Assembly: GCA_002778455.1 (NCBI GenBank)
Contig: PFCD01000019.1
Span: 10,243 to 74,242, forward strand
Source: Candidatus Micrarchaeota archaeon CG10_big_fil_rev_8_21_14_0_10_45_29
GTDB lineage: Archaea > Micrarchaeota > Micrarchaeia > Anstonellales > Anstonellaceae
Reading direction: 5' to 3'
DNA: 64,000 nucleotides
This document shows, one piece after another, positions 9,355 to 19,341 of this stretch; within the stretch, counting starts at the first letter, position 1, and each line of letters starts with the position of its first letter. Below the pieces are notes generated by a model. It was not told the origin of the DNA, made no database searches, and saw nothing but the letters and a program-made list of their open reading frames with translations. The translations under genes were made by a program, and so were the position numbers.

Positions 9355-9648
9355 TTACATCTTGTCCATTATCTCAAGCGCCTTTTTCACAGACATCCCC
9401 TCACGGATGCCCATCTCCTCTGCCCATGCCGTCATATCCCTTATTTTGGAGAGGTAAAGCTCATCAAATGATTTTACCCCTGGCACAAAGCCTGCGATAT
9501 CCCCAAGATGCTCGGCTGACTGCTTGTTCACATACGAGCAGGCGACATATCCCTTTTTTGCTTTTAGTATAAGCAACGGCATGTTGCCAAGCTCGAAGGA
9601 AAGGCCCTTGTATTCCCTTCCGTCAAAAATAATGCTCTGCTCCGACAA
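9355..9648 (-). CDS. DUF1805/YunC-like small protein
   Basis: Size and pattern (LLILKAKKGYVACSYVN...AEHLGDIA) match the DUF1805 family. The TTG start is supported by a GGGGGTGAT Shine-Dalgarno motif 4 nt upstream. Confidence 0.6.
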   Translation of the reverse strand: MSEQSIIFDGREYKGLSFELGNMPLLILKAKKGYVACSYVNKQSAEHLGDIAGFVPGVKSFDELYLSKIRDMTAWAEEMGIREGMSVKKALEIMDKM

Positions 9649-9717
9649 CAGATCACCCCCAACTGATCGGAAAAATTGCAGCCCGCATCATTTTTTGGCT
9701 GCAAAAGCAAACACCAT

Positions 9718-10047
9718 CTAAAACCTCTCATCCCTCCCCCATCTTTGCTGCCCCCGGCCGGAACCGGCTTCTCTGTCTTGCTGGCCCCATCTGTCTTTTT
9801 GAGCCTGCCTTATAACCTGCCTTTTCTTTTTGTCAAAAAGGCGCCTGTGCTTGCCGCAGGAGATGCAAAAATGCTGCTCGCGCCTCAACGAGGTGCGGGT
9901 GTCATTTAGCTTCTCCTCTTCGGTGTCGCCTTTGAATTCTGTTGAATATGTTGTAAACGTGTCAAGCGAGAGCGCCTTGTCTCTTGGCACCCGCCTTCCG
10001 CACGAATCACAGGTTATAAGCTTGTCTCGCCCTCTGGGTTTTCCCAT
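9718..10047 (-). CDS. rps26e: Ribosomal protein eS26
   Basis: CDSCGRRVPRDKA and the distal C-x-x-C (FCISCGKH) match the eS26 zinc-ribbon pattern. An AAGGTGAA Shine-Dalgarno motif lies upstream. The C-terminal R/Q/G-rich tail is extra. Confidence 0.75.
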   Translation of the reverse strand: MGKPRGRDKLITCDSCGRRVPRDKALSLDTFTTYSTEFKGDTEEEKLNDTRTSLRREQHFCISCGKHRRLFDKKKRQVIRQAQKDRWGQQDREAGSGRGQQRWGRDERF

Positions 10048-10052
10048 TTAAT

Positions 10053-10244
10053 TCACCTTACCTTTATTGCATACATCCCCGCTGTCTTGAAGCCGAGTTT
10101 TTTTGCAATCTGCGACTTCTCAGGGTCAAGCACCAATGCAGAAGAGTTGAACCGCTCGCTAAAATCCGAATTCTTCCCGTCCGGGCATTGGGGGCAGACG
10201 CCGGCGCTCTCATAAATTCTGTGGCAGTTTTTGCAAACTTTCAT
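10053..10244 (-). CDS. spt4: Transcription elongation factor Spt4 (RpoE'')
   Basis: Zinc ribbon (C-x2-C...C-x2-C) and C-terminus LVLDPEKSQIAKKLG...GMYAIKV are typical of Spt4. It sits immediately downstream of rpo7. Confidence 0.85.
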   Translation of the reverse strand: MKVCKNCHRIYESAGVCPQCPDGKNSDFSERFNSSALVLDPEKSQIAKKLGFKTAGMYAIKVR

Positions 10245-10250
10245 AAAAAC

Positions 10251-10853
10251 CTACTCTTTTTCCTCTTTTTTCTCCTTCTTCTCTTTCTTTGCCTCTTTTG
10301 CTGCCGGAGGCGCCTTCTCAGCCTTTGCAATCCATTCCTCTTTTCCAAGCCCCAAAGGCCTCATGCTAAGCCCTATTTTTGTGTCTGCCAAAGTGGGCTT
10401 TAAAGAGACGGTTGTTATTTTTGCAAAAACCGTTTCCCCCTTTTTTAGGGATTTTTTGCTCTCTTTCCCCACAAAAGATGCTGTCTTTTTATTGTAATTT
10501 AGAAAATCATTTGTTATTTGCGAGAGGTGAATAAGCCCCTCCACAGGGCCGATGCCTACAAATGCCCCAAAGTCCACAATTTCCGATACTGCCGCCTCTA
10601 CTACTTCGTTTATTTGCGGCTTGTATGCAAGTACGTCGAATTTAACATCATAATATGCCGCGCCGTCCGCCGGGATTACCATGCCGTCCCCCTGCGGCTC
10701 AACATTCCATACAGAGAGCACTATTCCGGCAACCTTGTCTATGCGCCTCTCATATTTTTCACGCAATATTTGCGTCAAGCCTGTCTTTAATTCCATCGAA
10801 AAGCTTTGCGCCGGCAGGCGCACGCGGTCATTGATTGTGATAATATTGTACAT
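10251..10853 (-). CDS. rpoE: DNA-directed RNA polymerase subunit Rpo7 (E')
   Basis: The N-terminal Rpo7 fold pattern and S1 domain (VVEAAVSEIVDFGAFVGIGPVEGLIHLSQI) are present. A K/E-rich C-terminal tail (AKEAKKEKKEKKEEKE) is appended. Confidence 0.85.
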   Translation of the reverse strand: MYNIITINDRVRLPAQSFSMELKTGLTQILREKYERRIDKVAGIVLSVWNVEPQGDGMVIPADGAAYYDVKFDVLAYKPQINEVVEAAVSEIVDFGAFVGIGPVEGLIHLSQITNDFLNYNKKTASFVGKESKKSLKKGETVFAKITTVSLKPTLADTKIGLSMRPLGLGKEEWIAKAEKAPPAAKEAKKEKKEKKEEKE

Positions 10854-11011
10854 TAAAATTCCCCTGCACGCATCGCAATTAAGATAAGCAGATGTGTATG
10901 CATGTATATTTTTATGCCACTAAATGTTTAAAAGCCTAAACTCTTGGGCACGAGGAAAAGGGATATGCCATATTCAAATTTTCGCCTTATTCCTCGGAAG
11001 CATTTTTTCAA

Positions 11012-11785
11012 TTATATTTCAAATTCTTCCCCGTCTGTGGCAGCAAATGCGTTTGGAAATATTTTCCTTGCCTCTGCCTGCGCGTTTTCGCGCATTTTCA
11101 CATCCAAATATTTGTGGGGCGCAAAATGGGTGAAAATAAGCTTTTTCACATTTGCCTCTTTTGCCAATTTTGCGCCATCTTCCGGATTCATGTGGGGCCA
11201 TGAGACAGGTATCGGCTCGCCGGGCAAAAGCCCGCACTCTGTAATAAGCGCATCCGCGTTTTTTGAAAGCTTCACAATATTTTCGCACGGGCCGGTGTCT
11301 GTGCAATATGAAATTATTTTTTTCTCTTTTTCGCACATTATCTCAAAGCGAAAGCCCCAGCACGGGTCCGCGTGAACAAGGGGCGCAGTATGCACGGTGT
11401 ATTCATCAATTTTATTTTCCCCTTCCCTCAATTCGTGGATAGAAACATCAAATCCCTGTTTTTTCAAGAGAGCGTATGAGGCGGTAAAAGGGTTGTTTAC
11501 AAGAATATTAAGCCACTTTTTTGTGCCCGGCTGCCCGAAAATGCGAAATTTGTTTTTCATAAACCGAAATTTTGGCTGGATGTGAAGCCCTATCACATGG
11601 TCAAGGTGAAAGTGTGAGAGAAAGATGTCTATTGGCTTATTGTCTTTTACATATTTATCAAGGTGCTGTATTCCGTCCCCTGCATCCAAAACAATATAAC
11701 GCTCCGGGGCGGTTATTAGCGCCGAGACAGTATTTCCCGTGCTTGTGGAATACCAGCCGTTTGTTCCAAGAAAGATTAATTTCAT
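11012..11785 (-). CDS. MBL-fold metallo-hydrolase (RNase Z/ElaC-like)
   Basis: SHFHLDHVIGL (HxHxDH) motif plus downstream His/Asp ligands. Confidence 0.75.
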   Translation of the reverse strand: MKLIFLGTNGWYSTSTGNTVSALITAPERYIVLDAGDGIQHLDKYVKDNKPIDIFLSHFHLDHVIGLHIQPKFRFMKNKFRIFGQPGTKKWLNILVNNPFTASYALLKKQGFDVSIHELREGENKIDEYTVHTAPLVHADPCWGFRFEIMCEKEKKIISYCTDTGPCENIVKLSKNADALITECGLLPGEPIPVSWPHMNPEDGAKLAKEANVKKLIFTHFAPHKYLDVKMRENAQAEARKIFPNAFAATDGEEFEI

Positions 11786-11802
11786 GCAAATATAATAAGG
11801 GG

Positions 11803-12693
11803 CTAACTAATTAAAACAACCCCCGCAAATGCCAAAATTGCGCCCAGAATCTTGAGAATCCACTGCGTTTTTTCCCTGAGAAGCAGTATTCCCCCCAAGG
11901 ATATGAGCACCACGCGCGTCCCGTATATTGGCACTGCTACCGACGCCTCAAGCATGTTTAGGGCAAGCAGGAGGGAAGTGTAAGAGATTGCCAAAAGAAT
12001 CCCGAAAGCCAAAAATTCTTTCGGGAATGCAAGCACTGCCTTTTTTGCATTTTGCAATGCAGTTCTGTCCCACAGGAAAATTCCGAGCATCACGGGAATG
12101 CTTGACGCGATTGCAAATATGAGTATTGGCACGTGCGCTATTGCCATTTTGTCAAGCACATAGGCGGCTGCAGAGAAAGCAGCCCCGAAAACTGCATACA
12201 ATACCCCGGAGAATTGCAATTTTAGCTTATGGTATTTGTATGAGCAGAGGGCGGTTCCGGCAAAAATCAAAAATGCTGCAAACAATTTTTCAATAGTGAG
12301 AATTTCAGATAATAGAGTCCATGAAATGAATAATACGAAAATTATCCTTGCCTGCGATATTACCATGGAATCCGAGACGTCTATGTGCTTTAGCGACTTG
12401 TAATTGAAAAGCATGCTTGCTGCCCATATAAGCCCGGAAATAATGGCTATCGCAAACCCGGGGTTTTGCCATTGCAGCCAATTACCCCCAGAAAAGCCGA
12501 AGTCGGCGCCAAGAAGAAACACTGCCGGAATGAAAAACAATGTTGAGAGAAGAGGGTTTAGAAATGAAATTGCAGTGTCATTTACTTTTTTTGTTATAAG
12601 ATTTTTTGCCAAAAGCCAGTGAAGCGAAACCGCGGCTATTGCAACAAAAAGCCATCCGAATGGCGGAAGAATTGAGTAAGGGTCAAATGCCAT
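11803..12693 (-). CDS. EamA/DMT-family transporter
   Basis: About 10 hydrophobic segments arranged as two EamA-like halves. Confidence 0.7.
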   Translation of the reverse strand: MAFDPYSILPPFGWLFVAIAAVSLHWLLAKNLITKKVNDTAISFLNPLLSTLFFIPAVFLLGADFGFSGGNWLQWQNPGFAIAIISGLIWAASMLFNYKSLKHIDVSDSMVISQARIIFVLFISWTLLSEILTIEKLFAAFLIFAGTALCSYKYHKLKLQFSGVLYAVFGAAFSAAAYVLDKMAIAHVPILIFAIASSIPVMLGIFLWDRTALQNAKKAVLAFPKEFLAFGILLAISYTSLLLALNMLEASVAVPIYGTRVVLISLGGILLLREKTQWILKILGAILAFAGVVLIS

Positions 12694-12732
12694 TGAAAAA
12701 TAAAAGAGAGAAAGAATAAAAGAAGGGCTTAT

Positions 12733-13320
12733 TCAATCCACTTTATTGAGCAGCCCATGCTTGGGTGCGACTCTGCCGGCTTTTTCCCCCCCCAATATGG
12801 AATCAAGCGCGCCTGCCAAATCATTTGTTTCAGGCGCGTCCTGGGAAGGGTAATGCGCGTCATCTATCCTGCCGTGGTATGAGAGGTTGAGATTCTCGTC
12901 AAACACAAACGGGTCAGGGGTGCATACGGCGCCATATGCTTTTGCAATTTGCTGGGATTCGTCAAACAGGTAAGGGAATTTTATGCTGTTTTTCACAACA
13001 AAATCCTTCATTTTTAAATAAGAGTCATCCGGGTAATCCGGGTTGTTGTTGGAATTTATGCCTATGAATGCCACCCCTTGCGGAAAGTATTTGGCATAAA
13101 GCGAGTTCATTACCCCCAATTTTGCAAGCACATACGGGCAGTGGTTGCACATGAAAAATATTACAACCGCCTTTTTTCCCTTAAAGTCGTTTAATGAATA
13201 TATTTTGCCGTCCGCCCCGTTTAGGGAAAAGGCAGGGGCTTTTTCGCCCTCTTTTAAATGCGAGGAGGATTTCATCAATGCCATATAAACACCCGCAGAT
13301 AGCAGGGTGCTAAAATTCAT
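12733..13320 (-). CDS. Thioredoxin-fold redoxin (AhpC/TSA-like) with signal or anchor segment
   Basis: APAFSL...GKKAVVIFFMCNHCPYV has a CxxC in a redoxin context. I trimmed the 302-aa track ORF to ATG 13320 (MNFSTLLSAGVY...). The upstream 107 codons look non-coding and overlap the cdc6-2 start. Confidence 0.7.
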   Translation of the reverse strand: MNFSTLLSAGVYMALMKSSSHLKEGEKAPAFSLNGADGKIYSLNDFKGKKAVVIFFMCNHCPYVLAKLGVMNSLYAKYFPQGVAFIGINSNNNPDYPDDSYLKMKDFVVKNSIKFPYLFDESQQIAKAYGAVCTPDPFVFDENLNLSYHGRIDDAHYPSQDAPETNDLAGALDSILGGEKAGRVAPKHGLLNKVD

Positions 13321-13533
13321 AAAACCCTCCTGCCAAAGCATAAAAATTCGGCGCAAAAGCCCCCGCCAGAGGCAAAAAACATAATCCCTAAAATGGCGCA
13401 TGCAAAAAGCTGCCCGCCTAAAAATAATCGGAAGAAGCATGGCAAAAAAATACCTCTGCGGCGGGTTTGCGATATTTGAGTTGGTTTGGGCAGGCGAATT
13501 GGTTATTAATGATTTCACCCCCAAAATTAGCTT

Positions 13534-14625
13534 ATGGCAAACATATTCCGCCAAATGGAGGGGCAGGAGAGCATATTTAAGGACGAGAAATTCCTTCGCC
13601 CAGACTATTTGCCGGATGAGATGCCCGGGCGTGAGGCGCAACTCAAAGAGATTGCCTCTTATTTGCAGGGGGCGGCGAAAGGAAAGGTGCCTCCCTCTAT
13701 TTTGCTTGTGGGAAAGCCGGGCACAGGCAAAACAAGCATGGCAAAGCTTTTGCTAAAGCAATTGGCAGAAGTTTCCTCAAAGCCAAAGCCGATTTATATA
13801 AATTGCTGGGAAAACACCTCGCGCTTTGGAATATTGAGCCGCCTTATCACCGAATTGGGAGACATGATGCCAAGGAGAGGAATTGCGTCTGATGAGGTGG
13901 TGGAGCGCTTGGCAGAAATTGGAAGGCGGGGACAGGTTATGCCGATAATAATTTTGGATGAAGTTGACAGGCTTTTGGCACAGGGCTCGCGCGAGGATGA
14001 AATTTTGTATGACTTGTCGCGCGCGCAGGAGGCGCTGGGCTTGCGCGCAAGCGTAATAGCGATTACAAATGATGAGGAATTGCCTGTGAAATTGGATGCG
14101 CGGGTGCGCTCCTCCCTTACAAACCATACGGTGCATTTTGCACAATATTCCCCCTCCCAGCTCAAAAGCATATTAAAAGAGAGGGTAAAGCATGCATTTT
14201 GGGCGGATGCGGTTGATGATGATGCGCTAGGGCTTTGCGCCGCAGTTGGCGCAAAGGCGGGGGGAGATGCGCGCCTCACTATTCATTTGCTTTGGGCCGC
14301 GGCAAAAAGGGCAGAAGTTGAGGGAAAGAAAAAGCTTTGCGTAGAGCATGTGCAGGCGGTAAAAGAGCGCTCTTTGATGCACGCGAAAACGCCTCTTGAG
14401 AGAAAGGAGGGGGCTTTGGATGAGCTTGAGAAAAAAATAATTGATGCGATAAAAGAGGTTGGACAAGGGGTTAGCACAGAGAAAATTTATGAAAAATTAA
14501 ATGTTGATTCAAATTCGCAAAGAAATATCCGCCACCGCCTCTCAAAGCTTGAAAAAGCAGGGCTTATTGAGATGGTTGAAGCAGAGGGAAAAAACAAGGT
14601 GTTTAAGGTAAGCGTGAAAAAATAG
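13534..14625 (+). CDS. cdc6: Orc1/Cdc6 replication initiator (copy 2)
   Basis: Walker A (LVGKPGTGKTS), Walker B (IIILDEVD) and a C-terminal winged helix (RLSKLEKAGLIEMV). Confidence 0.9.
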   Translation: MANIFRQMEGQESIFKDEKFLRPDYLPDEMPGREAQLKEIASYLQGAAKGKVPPSILLVGKPGTGKTSMAKLLLKQLAEVSSKPKPIYINCWENTSRFGILSRLITELGDMMPRRGIASDEVVERLAEIGRRGQVMPIIILDEVDRLLAQGSREDEILYDLSRAQEALGLRASVIAITNDEELPVKLDARVRSSLTNHTVHFAQYSPSQLKSILKERVKHAFWADAVDDDALGLCAAVGAKAGGDARLTIHLLWAAAKRAEVEGKKKLCVEHVQAVKERSLMHAKTPLERKEGALDELEKKIIDAIKEVGQGVSTEKIYEKLNVDSNSQRNIRHRLSKLEKAGLIEMVEAEGKNKVFKVSVKK

Positions 14626-14697
14626 GTATAGCTTATTCTTGGATGAAGATAGGCAGACTGATGCTCAACTGCGAAGCAGATGGAAGCTGATGCCTTC

Positions 14698-15594
14698 TCA
14701 TGCCTTTTCAAATTCTTTTTGCAATAAAAGCGCGTCTTTTTCCAATAAGGGCGATTCGCAAACTACTGTGCCTGCATAGCCCCTCTCTTTTAGCAATTTT
14801 AGCAATGGCTTGTAGGGAGGGGAATTTGAGGAAAGAGGGAGATGGTTTCTCTCCCCCTTTTCTGAAAAGTTTATTCCGGAAACGTGGCAATGCAAATTCT
14901 TTGCAAACGCGCTTCCAAGCTTTTTTTCACAATAGTCAAATATTTTGGCGTAGTCGGAAGCGGTTTTCAGGGGAGAGGTTCTTGCGTGAAAATGCGCAAA
15001 ATCTATTGTGGGAATGCATTTTTTCAAGCCAAAGTGGTGTGAGAGGGAAACTATTTCCTCCAAATTTCCAAATGCTGATTTTTTGCCTGTTAATTCAGGG
15101 CTTAAGTTTACGTTATTCCATTTGTTTTTTTGCATTTCAGAAAATATTTTCTCCATTTGGAATATTGTTTTTTTCATGCATTCCTCGGATGCTCGCCCCT
15201 GATAAAAGCCTGGATGAAACACTATAGGAGATGCATTAAGAAAATGCCCTGCCTGCGCGGATTCTAATATATGCCGGCGAGAATTTGCTAATTTTGCATC
15301 CTCATCAGAGCACAAATTTATGTAATATGGGGCATGTATTGAGAGGGAAATTCCTTTTTCCTTTGCAAGCGCGCCGCATTTTTTAGCCATATCCTCTTTC
15401 ATTCTCACTCCGTGCACAAATTCCACTTCCATTGCAAAGAGCCCGAGTTTCGCGCACTGGGCTATTCCATTATAAGTGCTTGCAGGGGAAGGGGTGGAAA
15501 AAGGGATTCCTGCGGGTGCGAAATTTAGTTTGTGTTTTGCGAAATAGGCGTTTCTTTGCTTTTTATTAAAGCCCGCAAAGCCCAATTTTAACAT
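14698..15594 (-). CDS. nfo: AP endonuclease family 2 / endonuclease IV-like TIM-barrel protein
   Basis: GISLSIHAPYYINLCS, FHPGFY and IDFAHFHA fit the Nfo/xylose-isomerase-like metal-ligand pattern. Confidence 0.7.
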   Translation of the reverse strand: MLKLGFAGFNKKQRNAYFAKHKLNFAPAGIPFSTPSPASTYNGIAQCAKLGLFAMEVEFVHGVRMKEDMAKKCGALAKEKGISLSIHAPYYINLCSDEDAKLANSRRHILESAQAGHFLNASPIVFHPGFYQGRASEECMKKTIFQMEKIFSEMQKNKWNNVNLSPELTGKKSAFGNLEEIVSLSHHFGLKKCIPTIDFAHFHARTSPLKTASDYAKIFDYCEKKLGSAFAKNLHCHVSGINFSEKGERNHLPLSSNSPPYKPLLKLLKERGYAGTVVCESPLLEKDALLLQKEFEKA

Positions 15595-15598
15595 AAAA

Positions 15599-17095
15599 TC
15601 ACTTTACATCCTCGAGATATATCCTTCTTTTTCCGGGAGCATAATTTTCGGCAAAGCCGGTTTTTGCATAAAGGGTTCCGTGAGAAGTGTCAGAGCCCTT
15701 CGGCACCCCAAGCATGGGAACCCCGTCCCGGGTAACTGTGAATTCTGTTGAAAAGTTATATGCTCCCTCTTTCCCGCTCAAATATTGCCCTGAGGAGGCG
15801 TCGCGGCGCAATAATGCTTTTATTGCGCCGTTTTTGCGCAAATATCCGACCATATCAGGGCTGTTCTCATGTGAGAGTGTTGAGATATAAAATTCCAGCT
15901 TTGCATCCGGGAATTTTTCTTTTATATGCTCAACAATGTCGCGCACATGGTACTGCGAGGGAGGGGAGAGGTGCGCCAGGGCGGAGACAAGCACTTTTCC
16001 TGCCTTGTCTTTTGCCACGGCAATTATTCCTGTGCACTGTTGCATTCCAAAAGTGTAAAGGCACTCGGTTTTTGCGGAAGGGGTGATAAAGCTCGCACAG
16101 CTTACGCTCACCGGAGAGCGGGACACCTCATAATCGGACGCGGGGGCGAATTTATTCAAATCCGGCTTTGTGTTAAGAAAGAATTTTATGTCCTTTCCTG
16201 ACTCAGCAACTTCCTTGCCGGCTTCTTTTTCTTGGGAATTTGCTGCCCCCAGTGCCCTTAAGCCGCCGGGGCGAAATATTTTTCTGCCGAATTTTTTAAG
16301 CTCAAATAAAAACAAATGTTCCGGGTTTGTGGCGTCCCCCCTATCCCGCATGACTTTCCATCTTGAGCCGGAATTTATATCTGAAAAAAAGTGCATGGAT
16401 TTGTCGTTGCTATTATATGAGAAGGAGAAGCCGGGAACCTGCTTGTCAAGGCCTACCCCTATAGGAACAAAAAAGCACACATACTCGCCCTCAGAGCTTT
16501 CCTGTACGCATATTGAGGAGTTTTTATCTATCGGTATTGCGTGAAACCCTTGCTCGTTTTCATATTTTTCAGGGTTTTTTATCAAAAGCTCTATTTTTTT
16601 CAGGAGAGAGGAATCAAGCACCTTTTTGGCGGAGACAGGGGTTTTAAGCTCAAGGGAAAGCTCGCCGTCGTCCGAGAGATGGTATGTGCCCATGTTTGCC
16701 TGGAAAGTGCGCACTTCTTTCACCTCTGCCTGCATTGCCTGGCTCTCCTTCATTATAGGAAATTCTGTGAATTCCTCCTTTTTTGCCGGCGGGGCGGTTT
16801 TGCCGCCTTTCATCCCGAGAGCTTGGGCGGCAAGAAAAACATGCGCTATTTCCCCCATTATTTTATTTTGCTTTGAAGTGTTTTTTGCAAACCTGCCTGA
16901 GAGCATTTCAAATACAGTATGCAGGGAAGCATCAGGATGAATCTCCCCCTCAATTCCTAACGAGTCCATTATGGAGCCGATTTTCCCTATGCTGCTATGG
17001 TCAAGATCCGCTACTTTAAGCGGCAGGATTTCTTTTTTTCCCTCGCCCATAATAATAGCCAGGAAGAGGGGTTTTATATGCCTATATTTTCTCAC
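15599..17095 (-). CDS. Hypothetical protein; C-terminal domain has a CheD/deamidase-like Cys...His pattern
   Basis: No N-terminal signal or TM segment. The C-terminus has QQCTGIIAVAKDKAGKVLVSALAHLSP. The stop/start overlaps the upstream membrane gene by 4 nt, suggesting an operon. Confidence 0.45.
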   Translation of the reverse strand: MRKYRHIKPLFLAIIMGEGKKEILPLKVADLDHSSIGKIGSIMDSLGIEGEIHPDASLHTVFEMLSGRFAKNTSKQNKIMGEIAHVFLAAQALGMKGGKTAPPAKKEEFTEFPIMKESQAMQAEVKEVRTFQANMGTYHLSDDGELSLELKTPVSAKKVLDSSLLKKIELLIKNPEKYENEQGFHAIPIDKNSSICVQESSEGEYVCFFVPIGVGLDKQVPGFSFSYNSNDKSMHFFSDINSGSRWKVMRDRGDATNPEHLFLFELKKFGRKIFRPGGLRALGAANSQEKEAGKEVAESGKDIKFFLNTKPDLNKFAPASDYEVSRSPVSVSCASFITPSAKTECLYTFGMQQCTGIIAVAKDKAGKVLVSALAHLSPPSQYHVRDIVEHIKEKFPDAKLEFYISTLSHENSPDMVGYLRKNGAIKALLRRDASSGQYLSGKEGAYNFSTEFTVTRDGVPMLGVPKGSDTSHGTLYAKTGFAENYAPGKRRIYLEDVK

Positions 17096-18105
17096 ACCAT
17101 CTCAAATAAGTCCAGCTTAAATTCACTTCCTAAAATAGAGGAAAGCTCTTTTGCGCATACAAGGGAAATTGCGATGCATATTAGCGGGAAAATAAGCGCC
17201 TGCATTGCTAAAGCCCCTAAAAATGCAGAAGTGGAGCTGTAGGGAAGATAAACTTTTGAGGAAATTTCCTGCCCCCATAAATTATACATTAAATTTGAGA
17301 TTGCGCCCTCTTTTTCCCAGTCAATTAAAGGAATGGGAGAGAGGGCGGCAGAGAGGGAATCCAAATCAGATGAGGCGGACAGATAGGTTTCCTCAAGAAA
17401 AGAGGCGTCTGCCGCAAATGCGCTATAGGCAAGAGGATAAATAAGGAAAAATGCTATTGCCCCTCCCATTATCGCGCCGCCCATTTTGCGGGTTGCGAAA
17501 AACAGGCGCAAAATAAGCCCTGCAGGCAGGAAAAGGGAGAAGGCGAATGAGGCGATGAAAAATAGAAATTGCTTTTGCAATTCCAGAGAGGTGAGAAGCA
17601 GATATATTTGCCATGCAAGGGAAGAGTAATTTTGGGCTGAATATTGCAAAGAGAGAAACGGCTGGGCGCTAATTACATTTGCGTTTATTTGCAAAGAGGA
17701 GAGGGTGCCAAGCAGAAATGAATTTTTCTCTAAAATTTGGGCTGTGGAGGCGCCTTTTTCTATTGCAGAATCAATTGAGCAAAGTGAAAAAGAGAGGGGC
17801 GTGGGAGAAGCATTATCAAGGGATGAATATGATGGGCAGGTGGAGGAAAGCTCGGATGGAATGAGAGAGGATGCAAGAGAGGCGGAAATGGAGGCGCCTG
17901 CCATAAGGGCGCCCAAAAGAGCCGCGTTTATTATGGATTGTGATAATTCCTCAACTCCCCAGCCCCACAATTTTTTGCTTCTTATTGCGCGCGATATACC
18001 CAAAGCAAAGCCTGAGAGAAGCAAGCTTATTACAACTAAGTTTATTGCCATAAAATAGGCTGGCGATGTCGGAGAGAGGTCTATTATATACTGAAAATCT
18101 GCCAT
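17092..18105 (-). CDS. Polytopic membrane protein, unknown function
   Basis: Multiple hydrophobic helices with a Ser/Leu-rich extracytoplasmic loop between helices 2 and 3. No recognisable family from sequence alone. Confidence 0.5.
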   Translation of the reverse strand: MADFQYIIDLSPTSPAYFMAINLVVISLLLSGFALGISRAIRSKKLWGWGVEELSQSIINAALLGALMAGASISASLASSLIPSELSSTCPSYSSLDNASPTPLSFSLCSIDSAIEKGASTAQILEKNSFLLGTLSSLQINANVISAQPFLSLQYSAQNYSSLAWQIYLLLTSLELQKQFLFFIASFAFSLFLPAGLILRLFFATRKMGGAIMGGAIAFFLIYPLAYSAFAADASFLEETYLSASSDLDSLSAALSPIPLIDWEKEGAISNLMYNLWGQEISSKVYLPYSSTSAFLGALAMQALIFPLICIAISLVCAKELSSILGSEFKLDLFEMV

Positions 18106-18158
18106 AAGTAGAATATGGGAAACAGGCGCAATATATTAAATTTTCCAAAATAATTAAG

Positions 18159-18166
18159 TTTATAAG
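18159..18166 (+). promoter_or_regulatory. Candidate TATA box for a leaderless transcript of the 18189 gene
   Basis: TTTATAAG is centred about 27 nt upstream of ATG 18189, and no Shine-Dalgarno motif lies between them. Confidence 0.3.
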
Positions 18167-18188
18167 TATGTAAAAGCATGTATATAGC

Positions 18189-19283
18189 ATGGTAAATATA
18201 ATAAATGACGCTAGAATGAGGACTGAGAAATCCGCAGGCATAGTCATACCCACCGCGATGAGGCACAATTTTACCCCCATGCTTGAGAAGCTCTCCAAAA
18301 GCATGGTTGAGAATAAAATTTACCCGTATTATTTTGTGCAGTCCGCGCCTTTGCCTGAAGGAAAAGCCGGGGAAAAATTGGCAACTGCTGCAAAAAATAT
18401 GCAAAATGATTTTGAGGGGCTTGAGGTAAATTTTGCAAAAGAGGAGAAATATCCGCAGATGGGAAAGCGGCTTCAGGAGGGCTTTATGCGCTCATATAAT
18501 GGGAAAACCGACTGCACCATGTTTATTTGCGACGATTTTGACAATTTGGCGGGGCAGGTGCCCGGCTTTGTGAATTCTATAAATGAGAAGAATTTGGTTT
18601 CTGTGCCTTGCTGGGCGCGGGGCTCGGAGCAGTATTTTCCGTATTCAATGCTGCTTAATGAGAAGGCGATTTCCATAATGATTACTTATGCAAACAAGAA
18701 GCATGATAAGAAAATTGGGCTTCCGGATGTGAGCCCCATTATGTTCGGGCGGGTGCGCGAGAATATAGGAAAAGAGGCAGCATACAAAGAAGTATCCCAA
18801 AAATTTGAAGCGTTTATAGCAGATGCCAAAGAGAATGGCACGTGGGGACAGGCATATTTTGGAATAATGGGATTTCACACCCAAATATACGGCGAGCTTG
18901 ATGCAAAAATGAAGGAGACGTTTGTTAAGGCAGGCAAGCAATTGCACGGAGTAGGCACAGAGGTTGGATTGCCGCTGGCGGCGTATTCGCTTGGCATAAA
19001 AATTTCATCTTACCCGATGCTCAAATATTATGAACACTCCATTGATGCTAAAAACGGCTCGCAGGAGGCAGAAAAGTTTGCTTCAAGCAGAAAAGCGCAG
19101 TTTGAGGACGGGGCGGCAGTAATACTTGAGTATGCGTGGAAGAATTTGAGTGAGAGGTTTATTGCGCTTGATGAATTTGCTTTTGCAATGAAACACCTTA
19201 TAGAGAAGGCGCCGTTTCATTTTCCGCAAAAAACAGAGAAAAGTGAGTGGAATTCACAGGTAAAGGCATATATGATGTGGTAG
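18189..19283 (+). CDS. Hypothetical protein, possibly a GT-A-like glycosyltransferase fold
   Basis: GIVIPTAMRHN and FICDDFDN loosely resemble GT-A N-terminal and DxD motifs. This is weak. The gene is divergent from the membrane-protein operon. Confidence 0.35.
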   Translation: MVNIINDARMRTEKSAGIVIPTAMRHNFTPMLEKLSKSMVENKIYPYYFVQSAPLPEGKAGEKLATAAKNMQNDFEGLEVNFAKEEKYPQMGKRLQEGFMRSYNGKTDCTMFICDDFDNLAGQVPGFVNSINEKNLVSVPCWARGSEQYFPYSMLLNEKAISIMITYANKKHDKKIGLPDVSPIMFGRVRENIGKEAAYKEVSQKFEAFIADAKENGTWGQAYFGIMGFHTQIYGELDAKMKETFVKAGKQLHGVGTEVGLPLAAYSLGIKISSYPMLKYYEHSIDAKNGSQEAEKFASSRKAQFEDGAAVILEYAWKNLSERFIALDEFAFAMKHLIEKAPFHFPQKTEKSEWNSQVKAYMMW

Positions 19284-19341
19284 CCGAAAATCCCCGGCTG
19301 CCTTTAGGGGATTTTATGAGTGCAACTGAGATTTTCTTTTT

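Noticed and set aside
13321-13641. N-terminal 107-codon extension of the redoxin ORF (302-aa version)
   Set aside because: The extension has odd composition, no Shine-Dalgarno motif and overlaps the start of cdc6 copy 2. The redoxin domain, with a signal-like segment, begins at the internal ATG 13320.
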